Below are positions 60,188 through 64,000 of a stretch of DNA of 64,000 nt, piece by piece. The position numbers and the translations under genes are program-made. Under the pieces are notes generated by a model. That model was not told where the DNA came from, searched no databases, and was given only the letters and a program-made list of their open reading frames with translations. The stretch is from NCBI RefSeq assembly GCF_009914755.1, contig NC_060928.1; one strand, given 5' to 3'. Numbering within the stretch: position 1 is the first letter of the stretch; each line of letters begins with the position of its first letter. This DNA comes from the human T2T-CHM13v2.0 reference genome, Homo sapiens.

Positions 60188-61329
60188 GAAAATAAGAATT
60201 TGAGCAGTTTTAAAACTTAGAAATACTCCAAATATTAATTTAAAGAATCCTTTAAAATGCAATTAAGTATTTAAGCTAAATGGATATGTAAAAAGAAAAA
60301 TTTAGTGGTATCTTCAGGAAAAAGAAAGGATCAACTTTGTGAAAAGTAACTAGCAATTAAAATTTTAAAACAGACTTATTTAACACACTTCGAAAATGCG
60401 ATTAAATCCATCAGTTGAACCTGATTACTTCTGTTCCTAAGGCAGTTTACAATAATATACTAATAATCACAGTAAGTGCTAAATAGTGAGCTAAGCACTT
60501 AAAATGCATTCTTTCATTTAATTAATTAATATATTATGTAAAGAATGCAGAGAGGCCTGGAGTGGAACTAAATCCACTGATCATTACTTTCTAAATTTAT
60601 TACAGAGATTCACTTAGAATTCAAATTCCTTTGATATAAAAGTTTGGTTTTTCTAATCGGAATCACCCTCTCTCAAGGGAATCAGAGCTAGTCCAGGGAG
60701 CTAGTGGCTCTTTGGGCCCCAGTTTTGGTTTCTTGAGGCAAATGGTAGAGCAAGAAGAGTCTCACTGAAGGTCAAGGGCTGGAGGAAGCTGGAGTTGTAA
60801 GTCAAGTCAGGAATGTGAGTGAGGTCAAACGTCAATGGTAGTGGTGCAGAAGTAAGACTTGAGGCTAGGGTTCTAAAGCCAGGAGTTCAGAGGTGCATAT
60901 GGCTTAGAAAACAGTGAAAAACAGATGGCAGGGCTGGAGGGATTTGGAATAATTGTTGAAACTATCATTGTGTATTTTGATAGCTTGACTTTATAGGTCC
61001 AGGGGAGAGTGGTGTATTTATCTGGCTTAGGAAGCCATATATGAGAAAGGTGATTACTAAATCTATATTATAAACATTTGATTATCCACATTGAAGCTTA
61101 TTTTTTCTTGTTACCTTCACTACATTTCTGAGAATTTCATATCTCCCCTGCATTTCAGTTTTCCCTGTATTGGCTTCCTCACAATCTATTCGTCACAAAA
61201 TTCCTTTGCCATTTGCCTGTATTCTTCCAAACATCTACTTCATAGGAAGTTGAGACACAATAACAGTTTTTATAGAGACAATACTTAATGATTCAGAACC
61301 ACAACTAAGAATAAGAAGAGACCTTAGGC

Positions 61330-63626
61330 TTGGAGGCAACATAGCCAACTAAATACAGCCAGGAGGAACATCTGCCACCAAGTGACCAGAACATCAGTAA
61401 GACTGGCACACTCCAAGCAGATCTTCAGAGGGAAGGCATTGAGAGCAGACAGAGGGAGGACAGAGATACTGGGTTGAAGGGGGAGAAAGCTGGGAACCCT
61501 GCCCAGGACTACCATGCACTGAGACTCATTCCTGGCCCCAAGCAAGTCCTGGGGAAGGGGTGAGTTAAGCAGGTGTGGAGCAACCTCCTCTCACCACTGG
61601 TCTCAGGAATCTTGGCGGCAGAAGACCCCATGACCCCCACAGACACTTGAACTGGTGGAGAGAGCAGCTTAGAGAGGTGGTAGGGGCAGAACTCCAGCTG
61701 GCACAGATCCCAGAGGATTTGGTGCGGGAGTGTCTGTAGTGGAGCACAGCCAGGGATGCCCATCTCCCAAGGCTTGCCTTGCTCCCCTAGGAGACTTTAG
61801 CCTTAGGGGAACTATTGGACCTGAACAGAGCAGGGCAATCTTGCCTATGAGATGAGGCCAGTCTGACCTGAGCACTTCCCTGTCTACTGGCCTCTCCTAG
61901 GGCCCTGGCCTGACCACACCTGCTTGCAGTGCAGCCTCAGATGCCAAGCTGTGGTGCCTCCCTGGGGCCCACATCATAGCTCATGCACAGGTAGACCGGG
62001 CCTAATTGTCAGAGAGTTCCAGCAGAACGGCCTCCCCACTGACATTCACCAGCCCGCCTGCACCTTCCCCCAACTGCAACCTCCCCCATACTGCTTTGTC
62101 AGTACACACACACCCATAACCAACCCCCACAATCGTTTGATGGGTCATGTGGGATCAGGTGGACCTTCCTTCCCTTCCCCTACCACTGGCAGGTATTTGC
62201 ATATACACCCCACCATGCCATGGCTGCCAGTGTGAGCACACTCTGCCCCCTGCTGTGCCACCATTGACAACATAGATGCACATAAGACCAGCAGCCCTGC
62301 CTGCCATTCTGTGCCACAATTGCCACTGGCACAATTGCAAATGTGGAGACCTCTAGCACCACTTTCACCAGTGCTCTACCCCTGCATTGATACCACCGGC
62401 ACAAACCTGTGCCTGGAGAACAATGGCCCCACTCCCCACCCTGTGCCACCATTGCCACCAGCATGAACATGTGCATAGAGGGCAGCAACCCCACACCTAC
62501 TAGTTCCCCACCCCGTGCCAATACTGCTGCCTGCATAAACCTGCACGTGGAGAACAGTGGCCATGCTGCCACCACTGCTGCTGTGAACACCCGCAGGAGA
62601 CTGGCACTGCACTGTACCCACCAGCTCCCTGCCTTAACCCACAAGCATGCACTCCGCCATGCTGCCACTGCACTGACACATGCAAGTGATTACAGATCCC
62701 ACTACCACTGCCTAAAAAGCACTTTGGCTGGCACCACCCATTGGAATGTTGTGATGAGCAGTCTGGGAGCACTTGAGCCCCCCCCCAGTGCAGCAGGTTC
62801 CTAACTGTGAGGGGCCAGAGAACAAAGCAGGGAGCCCAATGCCAGCTCCCAAGAGTTACAGCACATGGCCCCAGAGTCCTGAGCGGAGCCCTGGGCCCCT
62901 AAAATCTTCCAGAAAGGAACCAGTCAACTGAACCCACCTCATAAGGATGAGAAAGAACCAGTACAAGAACTCTGGCCACTCAAAAAGCCAGAGTGTCTTC
63001 TTACCTGCAAATGACCACACTACTTCCCCAGCTATGGTTCTTAGCCAAGCTGAAATGTCTGAAATGACAGATATTGAATTCAGAATATGGATAGGAATGA
63101 AGATTATTGACATTCATGAGAAAGTTGAAACCTAATCCAAGGAATCTAAGGATTAGGATAAAACAATACGTGAGCTGATGAACAAATGACCATTACAAGA
63201 AAGAACCAAACTCATCTGATAGATTTAAAACTCACTTTGAGAATTTCAGAATACAATTGCTAGCATTAACAGCAGAATTGACCAGCTAAGGAAAGAATCT
63301 CAGGGCTCAAACACCGGCTCTCTGAAATAACACAGTCAGACAAATATAAAGAAAAAGCAGTAAAGAAGAATAAACAAAAACTCTAAGAAATAAGGGATTA
63401 TGTAAAAATGCCAACAGAGAGGCCTATTGGTGTCCCTGAAAGAAAGAGAAAGCAAACAACTTGGAAAACATATTTCAGGATATCGCCATGAAAATTCCCC
63501 AAACCTTGCTAGAAAGACCAACATTCAAATTCAGAAAACACAGAGAACCCTTACAAAATACTACACAAGAATACCTTCTCCAAGACACACAGTCATCAGA
63601 TTCTTCAAAGTTGAAAGAAAAATACT
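61330..63626 (+). mobile_element. Old primate L1 5' end (L1PA15/16 / L1P4-like 5'UTR plus decayed ORF1)
   Basis: Long C-rich 5'UTR; ORF1 start MRKNQYKNSGHSKSQS...EMTDIEFRIWI (62947-63135); ENSPNLAR...PSPRHTVIRF (63427-63693). Confidence 0.85.
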
Positions 63627-64000
63627 GGGTGGGCCAAGATGGCCAATTAGAAGCAGCTACAGTCTGCAGCTCTCACAGAGGACAAAATGGTGAATGAATT
63701 CTACACCTTCAACCTAGGCATCCAGGTTCTTGCATTGGGACTGACTAGGTGATCAGCATGACTCAGAGAGAGTGAGGAAAAGTAGGGTGTGGCTATGGCC
63801 CACCCAGGAGCAGCACAGAGCAAAGGGAGCTGTCATCCCCAGCCAAGGGAGTTGAGTGATTGTGTGACCCCGCACAGGAAACCACATTTCTGCCACAGAT
63901 CTTTGCAATCCACCCCCTATGAGGCCATGCCACCAGGGCCTTGGGTCTGAGGCAGAGAGCTGTGTAGATTCTCAGCGGCCACTTGGGCATGCACGGAGAT
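63627..64000 (+). mobile_element. Second L1 5' end (L1PA11-13 / L1P3-like) inserted in ORF1 of the previous L1; runs off the window
   Basis: GGGTGGGCCAAGATGGCCAATTAGAAGCAGCT start with YY1 motif CAAGATGGCC (63635-63644), preceded by A-rich GAAAGAAAAATACT. Confidence 0.82.

Noticed and set aside
61924-62804. 103-162 aa ORFs in C-rich sequence
   Set aside because: They lie in an old L1 5'UTR whose composition yields few stop codons; no domain evidence

Overview
Hominoid (human or great-ape) nuclear genomic DNA, AT-rich and dominated by repeats, probably intronic or intergenic. The SVA restricts it to apes, and the L1PA2-type element suggests an African ape or human. I recognise no host protein-coding gene, RNA gene or CRISPR array. 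Every ORF with a recognisable product comes from a retroelement (L1 ORF1/ORF2, ERVL pol/dUTPase remnants) or is a spurious Alu or SVA frame. The window holds Alus (four AluY-type), many L1s of different ages, a full-length SVA with TSD, several LTRs (THE1, MLT1, MST, LTR10, LTR21-like, LTR47, MER50-like), an ERVL remnant, DNA-transposon fossils, MIR/L2 and microsatellites. Points worth a second look: four 5'-inverted (twin-primed) L1 insertions, three of them within 10 kb and each with a duplicated junction; multi-level TE nesting; a 37-bp minimal Alu insertion with a perfect 16-bp TSD; an internally deleted AluY; a 153-bp tandem duplication of unique DNA; a triple p53 half-site in LTR10; overlapping palindromes; and a few candidate exons. 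I found no evidence of a new biological system. Subfamily names are by-eye recognitions and need RepeatMasker/Dfam confirmation.
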